A stretch of DNA of 63,639 bases, counting the filler, from Asterionella formosa (Eukaryota): the NCBI GenBank assembly GCA_002256025.1. It is 13 parts of 13 records of this genome, joined end to end, with 100 filler letters (N's around TTAATTAATTAA, not from the genome) between each part and the next. Parts side by side here need not be neighbours in the genome. Positions count along the whole stretch, not along the records: positions 23,523 to 46,886 come from NKIB01002497.1; 12 more parts are not named here. One strand, written 5' to 3'. Each line of letters opens with the position of its first letter. The stretch's first letter is position 1. The notes beneath the pieces were generated by a model. That model saw nothing but the letters and a program-made list of their open reading frames with translations. It did not search any database and was not told where the DNA came from. This document shows positions 23,523-35,205 of the stretch, piece by piece. The translations under genes were made by a program, and so were the position numbers.

Positions 23523-26362
23523 AAACCATCCATCACATCCATGGTCATGGTGGCCAAGTAGCTACAAGCCTCTCTGATTTCTAAACGCATGTCATCAACA
23601 CTGTCTCCTCTCGCCAAAAGCTTTTCCTCAATCTTCTCTTTAATCTGAGCGCGAGCACCAACGAATGTGACTCCGTACACGCTTGTCATGACAGTTCGTT
23701 TGACGACACCGCGATCAACCAGCCCATTCACCAACTTGGCAGCTCTGTTGTTTCTAAGCGCTTTCTTTTCGACCGCTGACAAGTCCTTCTCAGGTTTGTC
23801 ACCAAAATTAAGCTCACGTTCTGCTTCTTCGGCGACTCGTCTAATGACTTCGTGCATGACGCCACTGTAGACGTCTTGAGGTTTTTCGGCGGCAACAAGG
23901 TTGACAGCAGATCCTCCGATAGTGTCTCTCCCTAACGCAGCATAGTGTTGCAGTCCATTGCACGAGCCGTCCATGTGAACCGGAAGGGAGCTCAGATAAG
24001 TTGCCGGATCGCCAGAGTCAATGGCATTAATGATTTCGTGACAGGTAGCAAGTCCTTGAAATGGATCATCAAGCTCCATCCACCACCTATCTTCACCGAA
24101 CGGGTCTTCCACAGCAGCTCGAATACTGTCCATTTTCCCTTCTGTAAATTTGGCTCGATCATCAAATGAAACTTTGTCATTGCCGCCCAAGTTGGCCAAA
24201 TGCACTTTTAGCCAGTAAAAACCGCGCTCACCGAGGGGCTTCTTTTTGGCGAAAATTAAAAGGCCTCTGCAAAGATCTGAGCCCACTGTTGACAAATGCG
24301 GAGGAACAGGATAAGCCCGTCCGCGAAAGTCCAAGTTATAAGGAAAGAAAATCTCATCAAACTTTCTAAATTGTTCAGCCTGATCTAGTTTGAGCATGGC
24401 AGAACAACGTAGGGAGTTGAGGTCCATGTTCCTCTGTTTCGCCCTCATATGTTTTTCTAGAAGCACTCTGTACTCAAAATATTCTTGACGTTGATTCTTG
24501 AAAATTTCACTTTCTTGGTCTTCCCTTAATTCTTTTGGGAGGGGCTCGGGTGGTGAGGGCTCACGTGGGACAGGAACATCCGTCTGACTTGGAATGTCCC
24601 CCAGTGCAATATTGTCATTCCAGCATCGTTCTGCAGCATTGAACACTGTTTCGTTAATCTTCCATGGAACCTGCCCAAGAATGTTTAGACCATGATACAC
24701 CATCGAAAGGTCAGTTCTGTGTAATGCCTCCCCTTGCTCTCTGGAATTATGAGTTCGCATGAGGTTTGTTTTCAGCCACAGGTATCCACCTGATTCAGGG
24801 CCCATCCACTTCTTTGGCGGTACGACCATCGGTTTGTAACGCGTGGTGAATGCCGAGAAAGATCTGAACTCGTCCTTAAGCGCCGCTCTGTTAAAGCATT
24901 GATTGAGACTGATCAACCCTCTAGATTTTCCTGTCTCCAGATAGTTTTGGATGACAGTGTGAATAAAGGCAGGCTCCCGTGTTCCCTTGTTCATTACGGT
25001 CGTCACCTTGAGAAGTATCTTTACAATAAGGGCACCAAGATTAACCTTTGTTTTGATGGACCATGGCTCCTTGTTGTTTAAAATTTGCCTCGCTTTTTTG
25101 TGCGCCCTCCGGGCTACGATCTTCTGACTGTGTGGCATTGCTGAGTAGTTAGCCTCTAAGAGAAATCTTCGCAAATGTGTTGCACCATACGACCAATCGT
25201 TAATGGCGAACATGGGGTTGTCTAATTCCAGTTGCTCTGCTTCTGTCGAGGGCAACGAGTCCATCTTTTTAAGTTCTTTTTCATGATACAGTTGTTGTAT
25301 GTCATCATCTGAATCCGTTTGGCGTCCCTTTCGTTCCTTTCGTTCCTGCGCTGCCTTCGAATATAGAGCAAGCTGCACGTTGCACTCCGTTTCCACAGCT
25401 TCTGCCAGCCTCCTCGACAAATCAAGAGCGGAACATTGTTGATCAAGCAGACATGAGACAATGGCTTCATGTGCTGCGATGACCGCCAATTTCTGAGGCT
25501 GCAGTACGCAAAGGTTGGGTCCCTCAACCATAGATGTGGAATAATCCTCATGTGCGTTCCTGGTGAGCCAGCTTCTCTGTGCCAACTCAAATTCTTCCTT
25601 GAGCGGCTGGTACCATTCCAGAACTTGTTTCTGGACCAGACTCAAACTGGCATAATCCTTTCGTTTCCGTGCGCTGCTAATCACTTCTTGGTATCGGCGA
25701 ACCGACTCTCGTTGTGATAAGCATTCAAACCATATCTGTGTTTCCTCCAAGTTGGCCGAATCTGGGGGTTTCAGTAGCTCTAAATTTTCCAGCATTTCCC
25801 GTGGCGTTTTGTTTCTCAGTGTCTGTCCGGTATTTTCAGTAGGAGTTTGCTCCTCCACCAATGCTTCTTCAAATACTCCGTCAAACACTTTGTGCGATGA
25901 GTTCTGCCCGGGTAATACTGACCGGTGAATGTCATCGTCCTCCTCCTGCTTGGTGGCCCCTACTGTGGACATGGCAGAGAACGACAAGTTGAAGTGATGA
26001 TTGGTCGTGCGCTGCCGACGGGTATATCGTTCTGTACTATTATGAGAAAATAATGGTAGTTGATATTGTTGTTGTTGTTGAGGCGCAAGGATTCGCAACC
26101 CCATGGCTTTGTTGTAAAATGTCCGCTTGCTATTGTTCATCGTCATCACTATCCTCCTGCCGTGGCGCGGATGGGAGATTGTGATCGCTGATGCTGTACA
26201 TTGGGAATACATGGATGCGATGTACCTTTGCTTACCGGTACTTACAGATGGAAGCCAAGCAGGAGGAGAGTGAGTGAGTGAGTTGTAGTGGGGAAGAACG
26301 ATTGTAATGGGGAGAAGCGGTCGTTCTTCTATGAGAGTAATATTGAGTTTGGCTCTTACCAT
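23523..26362 (-). CDS. POLRMT: Phage T7-type single-subunit (mitochondrial) RNA polymerase, 3'-truncated by contig end
   Basis: Motifs PMVVPPKKW, FPYNLDFRGRAYP, GSDLCRGLL, WLKVHLAN, HMDGSCNGLQHYAAL (motif A), RGVVKRTVMTSVYGVT (motif B). True start is uncertain (ATG 26362, 26212 or later). Confidence 0.97.
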
Positions 26363-27497
26363 GTTGTTGACTCTGATCCTGACTTGCTTATGGTCTACAG
26401 TTTATTCTCTATACAATCTAATATATTAGGATGCCCTACATACCGTATGATATGACCGGTTTAGAATACCTGGTACATATATACCGGTATTCTTTTGCTT
26501 GATCACATGCATAATGGTATACATGTACTGCTATAATTTTCTTACATTGCTGACAAGATGATGTGGTGAGCGAGCGAGCGAGCGATGCACAACGGTGCAT
26601 GGATGGTACAGCCTGTGCCTCTGGTGGATACTATTTTTATTGTATGGCTGTGCTGCGAATACAAAATTACGTAATAAATATGTGTAGGAAAAGCACCGTC
26701 TGTCCTATACTACGCTACTACCATATGTTAGGCATACAAAATACCCTACAGGTAGCAGTCTACCGATACGGTAGTACGGTATGAATATGATAGACTACGA
26801 CAGATTTACAAAAGACAAAGATATGGTAATGTAAGTGTACTCTAAGCAACCTCTAGGGAAGAATCATAAAAGGATAATGCTAATCTTTTCTTATTGCACA
26901 GGTGTACCATAGCTTAATTGCTTGGCTGTGCTTGAGAATTTCTTTGTAATCCCCCCCCCCCTCCTTGTTGAAGACAATAAATAGTAAGCAAAATATAAAC
27001 AAGCACTGAGCATATCATGACGAAAGCATATGCTGCCAGACACAGAGAAATACAGTTACCAATTGTTTACTTCTACTAATTTGTACTCCATAAATTTTAT
27101 ACCTGCCCTGTTGGAAATACATACTGCTGGTAGCAGTTGGCAGCCCTCCCATAAATCCATTTCACTCAAGTTTGTCCACACATGTACGTATTGGTCATAC
27201 ATGTCATCACCGTACTACTGTTCATGTTCACCATTGAATGATGATACCAGAAGCATGCTACAATATTCCTCTGCTAGACAAGACCAAACAGACATGTATT
27301 GTCTAGTATGTATACCCAGTGGTAGCATAAAGACAAAGATTACATGGCATAGTGGTATATATGTTGATCGAGTTTGCATTGACATCCGTAAAACATGCTG
27401 CAATAGTGACTGTGAAAGTATAAAAATAAATTAACTATTATTTCAATACCAAAAAAGATGCAATATCTTCAAATGTAAAGTAGGGAAGCCGGTACCT

Positions 27498-28787
27498 TCA
27501 CACAAGACGGCCTCCAATAGGGATAGTGCCACTATAGTAAACACCAGAGGTTCCACAAACCTTTTCTGCTGGAGGAATCACATCATTTCCATCCTCGTCC
27601 TTGCTGCAAGCATCGCCTTGGGTAGGAGTAATATCTAGACCACAATCATAATTAGGATGTAATAAGGTGTCTGGGTCAACACGCAACAATCGAATAAACC
27701 CTGATTCACCCCACCGAGGACCCCAAGAATTACGAACCAACCAATAGTCACGGCCTGTCTCTTCATCAGTTCCATACCCTTGAAGAACCACCAAGTGATT
27801 GATATTGGTAGCTTGGCTATTGCGGGAGTGATCTTCAAAGACACCACCATGGTACAAATGCCAATTACTTGCTGCTACAGCGACAGCGACTGGTCCAGCT
27901 TTTGCAACAGCATTCATCATGACCTTGTAATTATTCAAAGGAGTTTCGGCATATCCATCAATAGTAGCTACGGCGCCCTTAATACCAGGAGGGTCAGGTC
28001 CACCATAGCCTGAAATCGGAAGCTTTGTTGTGCGATTCTCAAGTGTGCATTCAATGGCGGCTCCATCATATGATCCATATCCAAATTGCCACTCTTGTAC
28101 AATGCCGGCGGTGGCAACGTATTCGTAGGCCACAGACGCAGTAGCTCCCGTACAACCACCATTTCCACCACAATCCATAGGATTGGGAGCACAAGACACT
28201 ATTTCCTGCATACTCAAACTATACAGAGTGTTGGTTTGTAGCGAAATATGTGATTCCAAAGCCGCAGTCGACGCAAAGGCCCAGCAACTACCACATCGTC
28301 CTTGGTCCTTGATAGGGGTCGATACTCCTTGCCAATTAACAGAAGATGGCAACGTGGAAACATCATCAATCTCGAAAGGTAGTTCCATTTTATGATGGCC
28401 TTGTAGGTTCCGTTGTGTCCTCTGTGACAATGAGACCGCCCCCGGGGCCTTGGCATATCCCAAGGGAAGTTCCTCCACAGTCAGATCCATGAGAGGATTG
28501 GGACCAAGTGTGTGCTCTCCTTGGCTTCGTTGAAGATTGTGTTTCAAAATGAGCTCCTGATTTTGATGAAAAATAGTGGCGCGATGTTCATAGTCATGTT
28601 CCGTCGCATACGTCTTATCAAAATCCAAGATAAATTGGGCAAACGAATAATAGTCGGAATTGTCCATTTCTAACACCTTATCCTTAGATTTTGGAGTATT
28701 ACCCGTAGTTCTCAATACTAGTGCAGCGTTATTCGTCGTTGTGCACAAGAGCAACAACCCAAAGGGAAAGAGAACGGACTTCAGCAT
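27498..28787 (-). CDS. Papain-family (C1A, cathepsin L-like) cysteine protease with I29 propeptide
   Basis: Signal peptide; ERFNIN-like propeptide (EHRATIFHQNQELILKHN); catalytic KDQGRCGSCWAF, NHLVVLQGYG, YWLVRNSWG. ATG at 28787. Confidence 0.96.
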   Translation of the reverse strand: MLKSVLFPFGLLLLCTTTNNAALVLRTTGNTPKSKDKVLEMDNSDYYSFAQFILDFDKTYATEHDYEHRATIFHQNQELILKHNLQRSQGEHTLGPNPLMDLTVEELPLGYAKAPGAVSLSQRTQRNLQGHHKMELPFEIDDVSTLPSSVNWQGVSTPIKDQGRCGSCWAFASTAALESHISLQTNTLYSLSMQEIVSCAPNPMDCGGNGGCTGATASVAYEYVATAGIVQEWQFGYGSYDGAAIECTLENRTTKLPISGYGGPDPPGIKGAVATIDGYAETPLNNYKVMMNAVAKAGPVAVAVAASNWHLYHGGVFEDHSRNSQATNINHLVVLQGYGTDEETGRDYWLVRNSWGPRWGESGFIRLLRVDPDTLLHPNYDCGLDITPTQGDACSKDEDGNDVIPPAEKVCGTSGVYYSGTIPIGGRLV

Positions 28788-28999
28788 CTTGAGCAATCAA
28801 TTTAATAAATTGTTTTTCATCCGTTTTTGTTCTTTTTCCGTTCACCCAGCCATACATACCGGTACATACGTAGATCCCGGTAAGTCTATCGATACATAAT
28901 AGTAAGATATAATTTTGTGAAGATGAGTTTTTTTCTATACATGTGCCGGTATGAATATTATTTGTCCACTACCGGTTTTTCCGGTTTAGGCCTTAGAAG

Positions 29000-29178
29000 A
29001 ACAATAGCTTAACTTTCCAAGGTAGGAGGCTCGATTCCCAGATTCTCCACCTGCTTTGTTTATGTAGTCCCTTGGGTTCCGGGTGGTGAGGCAGACAAGA
29101 AGCAGGTCTAAGGCCCTCTGGGAGGCAAAGTGCAACTTCACAACCTCCACAATTGTCAAGTTCTTTAACAATAGCATA
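29000..29178 (+). mobile_element. tRNA-derived SINE-like element, family 2, copy a (degenerate head)
   Basis: B-box-like AGGCTCGATTCCC (29027); body colinear with 38027-38224 through TGTCAAGTTCTTTAACAATAGCATA. Confidence 0.7.
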
Positions 29179-29623
29179 CGATATGGTTTACTTAATAATT
29201 TGTATATATATATATATATATTTGTCTTTGCATAATAATGTGATGTAGACTAGGAGACTACTGGTATGATTGTGTGTGACTGAGATGTATGTCACTCCAC
29301 AAAGTCCCCCTACCGCATTATTGTGGTCCAATCACTCTTGTCCAACCTCAAGTCACTCTCTGAATTGATCCAAATTGAAACCCAATTGGTGGAGTCTGTC
29401 CAGCAAACTTATTTAGTTCCATTATTGTTGGCTGAGTTACATGAAGGCATTTTCCACAAAAGTGGTATGCTGGCATGTAGGAGATACGAAAGTCAAATGA
29501 GGCTGAACATGGTAGCAATGGTAGGAATTGATTTCAATGCACAGTACAGCATTGACAATGATAATAATCTTGTTTAAGATAATTGTGGTGTTACGAATCA
29601 TGGGATCCATCTGCATTTTCACT

Positions 29624-30283
29624 TTACAACAAGTAATCCGCCCCGCTGAGATCAATGGTGTCTGGGAATGATGGACTAACGTCCGTAAAGGTACCAGTAC
29701 CACTCAGACCGATAGATTGTCCTAACCAGCCAGGACCTAAGAATGCATTGAGCGATAGGAAAACGACAATGAGTCCTGCCAAGACATAGGTAAAGGCATT
29801 GATTCCAAGTAGCTATGTATATAGAGCGAGAGAGTATACAGAGCCGGTGAGTTTGAATCCCAATGTGTATCTAGTAGCAAAAGCGAGGGAACAATGAAAC
29901 AAAGTGAACAAGATGCTATGAAAGTAACGCACCTCCTTTAGAATTAACCACTTTGGAGGGGCGCCTGCCTGAATATCTTCCCACATTTGATCCGACAATT
30001 CATCGTCCGGGCTCCCTCGAATGATAAATTGCGGTTCATCAGCCGCAACAGACAACGATTCCTGCTTGTTTGATTGCGGCAGCTGTTGCTGATGTCGAAC
30101 TACCAGAGCGCTGCAACGATGTTTCGTTTGTATAATGGGAAAGGCTTCCAGTGTCGGGGAGATCGCGACGAGAACAAAGGTGATGCAAAGCAAGATGCCT
30201 TCATTGCTGCGCTTCCTCCGAAGCATACCGGTAACACCAGTATTAATGCCAGTATTGGTAGTCATATTTATTTTATGAGACAC
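29624..30283 (-). CDS. Small probably plastid-targeted single-pass membrane protein; exons 30283-29933 and 29812-29624
   Basis: Hydrophobic signal ending TLEA-FP. GT...AG intron 29932-29813 gives ...KWLILKE|LLGINAFTYVLAGLIVVFLSLNAFLGPGWLGQSIGLSGTGTFTDVSPSFPDTIDLSGADYLL*. Start may be a downstream Met. Confidence 0.8.
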
Positions 30284-30409
30284 CTACAAAATCACCCATA
30301 ATAATACATTGCTGGGGGCTACTATCATGAAAAAAACAGCGAAGGGAAAGTCTCCAACAGCTGATGACGGCCCATATGTACTGTGATGTGATCATGATGT
30401 GCTGCTACT

Positions 30410-30442
30410 GTACCTGGTACCTGGTACCAGGTACCTGGTACC
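30410..30442. promoter_or_regulatory. Palindromic (TACCWGG)n array upstream of a gene (representative of a window-wide motif)
   Basis: GTACCTGGTACCTGGTACCAGGTACCTGGTACC; similar arrays at 11682-11705, 18965-18980, 33841-33856, 47444-47474, 55341-55360 and 59055-59071. Regulatory role is inferred from position only. Confidence 0.5.
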
Positions 30443-30789
30443 GTAATGTATAGTATACATAACACGCACATCATATTCCGTAAATGATACTCCCAGGAGT
30501 ACATAATAATTTACTGGTATGTTTAGCCATGTAGCGTGCTGACGTACCGGTACCTGGGACGGAGTAAAATATAGGATTTGCATGATGCAATGCTGAATTG
30601 ATAAAAATGGCGAGGATGTGTTGCCTACGTGCGTACGGGACTACGGTACATATGTAGGCACACGGTCGTACGTATTTATTTATTCGCCTTGGCTGGTGGT
30701 CTATTCGCTCTTTGATTTTCTGTCGTGATGGTTGTATGTTATTATTTATTCATAATAATTACTAGTGGGTTTCTGTATTTGTTGCCATA

Positions 30790-31860
30790 AATGTATTGAT
30801 CACCTTTGCCATCATGACTTCATTTGGCATTGCCTTGATTGTCTTTTCTTTATTCCCATGCTTCACATTCAAAGTAGGAAATCAAGGTCCATGTATCACC
30901 TTGCTTGCTACATGTGCGATTCCTTGGCTGGCCTGTAATCCACACAGTAGTTCATATGGAGAGAGCAAGGACACCAAGCATGAGATGACCCATCACCAGT
31001 TGCATTGGTGCAGTGAACCAATTTGGAGCCATGCAAGCTTATTGACCTTTGCTGGCGAGGATGCTGTGGTGGGATGCTCATTCAGACAAATAAGGGACAT
31101 CATCTTTTGCACATATGAGTTATAAAGATCCATTTTTGCCACAACCTTCTTGCAATTAAACAGCTGCTCTGGTGGTATTATGGGCTTGATACAGCATTTC
31201 TCCTCAAGAGCAAATACTTACAAGGCCATTGAGAGATGTGCTGCTGACATGCCTTTTGGATACTATTCTTAGATGGTGAGGAAGACAATGATAATGATGC
31301 TCAGCAACTGTTTTGGAAGTATTTGAGCATGATGAGCGCAACTGTTCAAGATCAGTAGCCACTACCATCTCCACTGGTGTCAACCGTATCAACATCCAAT
31401 TTAGATTACTATATATTTGTAAATATATATGGTTAGTGTATATCAGGGAGCTAGCACAAATAAAACCATTTTTGTCATCATGTGATTTATCCGACATCAC
31501 AAGGGACAAGGGTTTATGGAGCATGGTGACGGAGTAAGGCAATTCAATCCCACTAAGACTTTTATGCTAGCTACTGCAATAGATTTGATCAATTGGATAA
31601 CTCTTGATGGAGCATTTCAATCCACAATGATGAAACCAAAAACATTGTTTGCCAGGCATGCACATCAATGTCAATTGCACAATATGTCAAGAAATAGGAA
31701 TCTGCAAACATAGGCAACTGATTAATTGTATTCTTGTAGTATTCAATGATGCGAAGAATGTACCCATTCATACGATTGCAGCAGCACAACAACAATTGGT
31801 ATTACAACAATCTATTTCTGGATATGTGGCATATCCAGTGGTATCTTATACGAAACAATT
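30790..31860 (+). pseudogene. Highly decayed non-LTR retrotransposon (LINE) ORF2 3' region
   Basis: Broken frames with IDLINWITLDGAF and a CTIC...H...C zinc-knuckle-like remnant (CTICQEIGICKHRQLINC); no intact ORF. Confidence 0.35.
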
Positions 31861-32171
31861 CAAGATCTTAGCATTTCCCTGGAATTGAGGCACGAAATCC
31901 AATGACTAGGATTAGATGAAGCTTGAAACAAACAATGAGGCAGGAGATGACAACCATATTGATGCTGAGGAAGATGATTCCAGTGCATCAGGACTGGCGA
32001 ATGCAGTGGGGAAATGGTGACTGCTTTTGAGTCAGAAAGCGATTTCAACAATGATTCCTTGGGAAATAACAACTGTGAAGAAGTGGTGCAGGGCGATGTG
32101 GAGCAACACTCTCACCAATACAGCAATCCCTGGTGCTCTTCTTGTTCAGATGGATGCTTTATTAAAAAGTG

Positions 32172-33227
32172 CTATTCCTTGCTTTCTTCATCAATGAGTT
32201 TTGTTTCTGTCATTTCAAGTTCGCCGATGGAACCTTGTAGTTGCCTAGTCCAAGACATAGCTTCGTTGTCATCCTCATGGTTGCTATAATTTGCTTCCAC
32301 CTTTTTATTTAATCTCGTCGTTAACTTATTTTTTGATTTCCCAATGCACGCTAAAAATTCTCTTAATTCTGTCGCAGCTTCCATGTCTCTATTGACTTCT
32401 CGAAACAACAACAAAATACTCTCTACAAAAACAAAAATCCCCAAGTTACTCAACAACGGGAACCACCTTGGTCCGAACCATTGTCCACAAATAAGTGCCA
32501 TGGTCCCAAAAAAGGGTGTGAACCATGGATTGAATGGTGATGCGTGAACATCCATGGAATATGATGTCCCGTATCTCCAGAGTGCAATTGAAAAGTATAT
32601 ATTTGCCAAGGCCAACACCGCAACGGGCATCAATTCAAGCAATACATGGACATGAGTTTGATTCCATGGTTCCGTAATGATCCAATACCAGCCAGTCCTT
32701 CCGGCGTAGGGTGATGTGGTGCCGATAAGGCCAAAGTTAGCAATGATGGACATGCTCAATAGTCCCAGAGCAATGACTCGAATGGACATTTTGAGAGCCA
32801 ATGTGCATTTAGGATTTTTCGTATGAGTTTGTCCATCGTAGACCCCACAAAATGGAATGTGCCGAGTCTTGTGAATGCAATAGGTAACGTCGAAGGTGGA
32901 AAGGAGCAAGCATGGAGCTGCGGTGCTTTCCAGGACGTAGACAATGTCAGTGACTGACTGGGGTAGGCTATTGCCCGAAACTTCAATCGCCAGGACCAAG
33001 TTTTCACACATTTGGCAAAAGGCAGCCCAAGGAAAGAAATATCGGAGAGAGTGTCTATCGTACAAATAGTGCTTTCGGCGAGTTTCATAGATTCCTTGGA
33101 TGAAGGCGACAAAGGAGGCGACCGTTAAGACAGCATGGGCAACCACGAAGCCCGTTAACTCTTCACCAACAATGATCGAAGCCCCATCGTCGTCCAGGAA
33201 CGACAAGTAGCGGTAATGGTCATACAT
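32172..33227 (-). CDS. Multi-pass (about 7 TM) membrane protein of unknown function
   Basis: About seven hydrophobic segments followed by a charged C-terminal tail. First ATG is at 33227; the track's GTG extension runs through the palindromic motif. Confidence 0.8.
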   Translation of the reverse strand: MYDHYRYLSFLDDDGASIIVGEELTGFVVAHAVLTVASFVAFIQGIYETRRKHYLYDRHSLRYFFPWAAFCQMCENLVLAIEVSGNSLPQSVTDIVYVLESTAAPCLLLSTFDVTYCIHKTRHIPFCGVYDGQTHTKNPKCTLALKMSIRVIALGLLSMSIIANFGLIGTTSPYAGRTGWYWIITEPWNQTHVHVLLELMPVAVLALANIYFSIALWRYGTSYSMDVHASPFNPWFTPFFGTMALICGQWFGPRWFPLLSNLGIFVFVESILLLFREVNRDMEAATELREFLACIGKSKNKLTTRLNKKVEANYSNHEDDNEAMSWTRQLQGSIGELEMTETKLIDEESKE

Positions 33228-34221
33228 CTCCTTGTGTATAGCAGTGAATTGACCACTCAGTGTGATGATAGGAGCGGTACCAGGTACCAGCACGAGACCG
33301 ACGGCGATGGGTATCTGCACCAAGTGATGAGAATGTACGATTTCAAACTCAGCCACTTGATATTTTACGTTAAAAATAATACTCCTTATTCCTTATTATA
33401 GCTGGAGCATTACGAGGGACGTGGTACGTTGTTCCACAGCACTAAGTTGATGATAATATATCGGTACATGATTAAAAATATGTTGAGGAGGACCGGTACC
33501 GGTACTCCAGTACGTTGTTCCACCGCAATAATGATCCACATTGTGACGAGAGGGTTTGCACCAGCCTGATCTGTGTTGTGCATGCTAAATGTTCTTTTTA
33601 AACTGTATGTGCAAAATGTATTCAGGCCTCATACAATATTAATTAAGGAAGGCACACATAGACCTGCTTGTTATGGTCCAGGGTATGAAGTACCAAGTAC
33701 CAGGGTCCCAGTAGTGCAACAGTATCTTACAATCCGGGGTACCTGGTACCTGTTATACACGTATTGGATGACGATCCATGCATGCATACATAGAGCAGTT
33801 CATCAGGTCACACCTGTGACAAGATATACCGGTTGTTGGTGGTACCAGGTACCTGGAAACTATTTATGCCGGTGTCCGATGTACCGTTATAATAAAGTCC
33901 AATGACATCGCAATTTGTAGGAGCACCTACATAATACTTACCGGTTGTACATGGTACCAGTACCAGTACAACGTCCTCCCTGGTGCTCCACTATACCGGT
34001 TGATCATTTTATTATACCTGGTACCATTATAGCACCCCATTTTGTTTCTGGAGAACCCACATTCCAAATGTGGGGGACGACGACAGGAGTGAACTTGGTC
34101 AGGATCCATCGACCAAACTCCATTTGATAGACGACGAGTATAGCTATACTCTACTTTATACTATAGCATATAATATCATACGATCAATCGACGAATAGAA
34201 TAGCATCTGTTACCACCCAAT

Positions 34222-34998
34222 ATGAATCTGCCACCACTGCTGAAGAATCTAACGTTCTACTGGGCAGGCTCTACGTCCCTTATGATTTGGTTTCTCTTTA
34301 TCCATTCCCCACCAATTCTCATTCAATCCAAAGTACTCTTTGATCCTCCTTTTGCATTGCACATGCTTGGAGCATACGCTGTATATCTGGTATGTGCTTG
34401 GAATTCTCTGTTTACACCATCCATCAGCGCAGTTACCAAAGCGTACCATGTATGGTTTGGACGCATTGGGATGATTGCTGGCATTGGGAGCTTTGGAATG
34501 GGTGCTTTCTGTGCATGGTGGCCATTCAGGAACAACTTACCACCCATGGCATTTGCTATTGGAATTACTTTTGGAGGGCTTATGCAATTGTACTTTCAAT
34601 ACAGAGGATATACGGCTATTCGGAGGTATCAAGAACTGAAGGAACAGATTCAAACCATGTTACTGACACAAGCAATCAACAACAGCAACAATAATGAAGC
34701 CGAATTTATGTCATTGTTGCATGCCGAAAAGGAGAAATGCCTCCATGATCATGTTCATAATATGTGTGCGTTATTTGTTGTTGGGTGTGGTGCTCCAGCA
34801 GGAATTCGACTGACAACGGCAGTCCTTGGCAATGACTCTGGAGCAACATCAACACTTGTATTGGTACTCACAGTGGTGGTATTGACATTTCTGATACGAC
34901 CATTTAGTAATACATTTTTTGACGATAGCAACAAGCAGCAATTGGATGTGCCGGAAATCCTTCCATCGTCGTCATTGACACCACTACTGCAAAACTGA
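34222..34998 (+). CDS. Multi-pass membrane protein with conserved-looking His residues (DUF2306-like)
   Basis: 258-aa ATG ORF with 5-6 hydrophobic helices; ALHMLG, YHVWFGRIG, HVHNM motifs. Confidence 0.75.
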   Translation: MNLPPLLKNLTFYWAGSTSLMIWFLFIHSPPILIQSKVLFDPPFALHMLGAYAVYLVCAWNSLFTPSISAVTKAYHVWFGRIGMIAGIGSFGMGAFCAWWPFRNNLPPMAFAIGITFGGLMQLYFQYRGYTAIRRYQELKEQIQTMLLTQAINNSNNNEAEFMSLLHAEKEKCLHDHVHNMCALFVVGCGAPAGIRLTTAVLGNDSGATSTLVLVLTVVVLTFLIRPFSNTFFDDSNKQQLDVPEILPSSSLTPLLQN

Positions 34999-35205
34999 TA
35001 AATGCATTATATATTCGATATTTTGCAATAACCTGTGTATAGAAAATTGCAATTTTATATTCATACCGGTATTTTGGTTCAACTATTCCACATACTGTAT
35101 ATACTCTTTTGATGTCATTGACTCGCTTGACCTGGAATGAAAGTATCATGATCTGTATACCGGTAGTTGTATTTTTCCCGTTACACCTTATTATTATTTA
35201 TTAGA

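Noticed and set aside
23523..26362. Phage or viral RNA polymerase (prophage or endogenous virus)
   Set aside because: Long N-terminal extension, eukaryotic neighbours and no other viral genes; fits the nuclear-encoded mitochondrial enzyme.
33228..33356. N-terminal extension of the 7TM protein
   Set aside because: Starts at GTG, and its LVLVPGT segment is just the translated palindromic motif; ATG 33227 is preferred.
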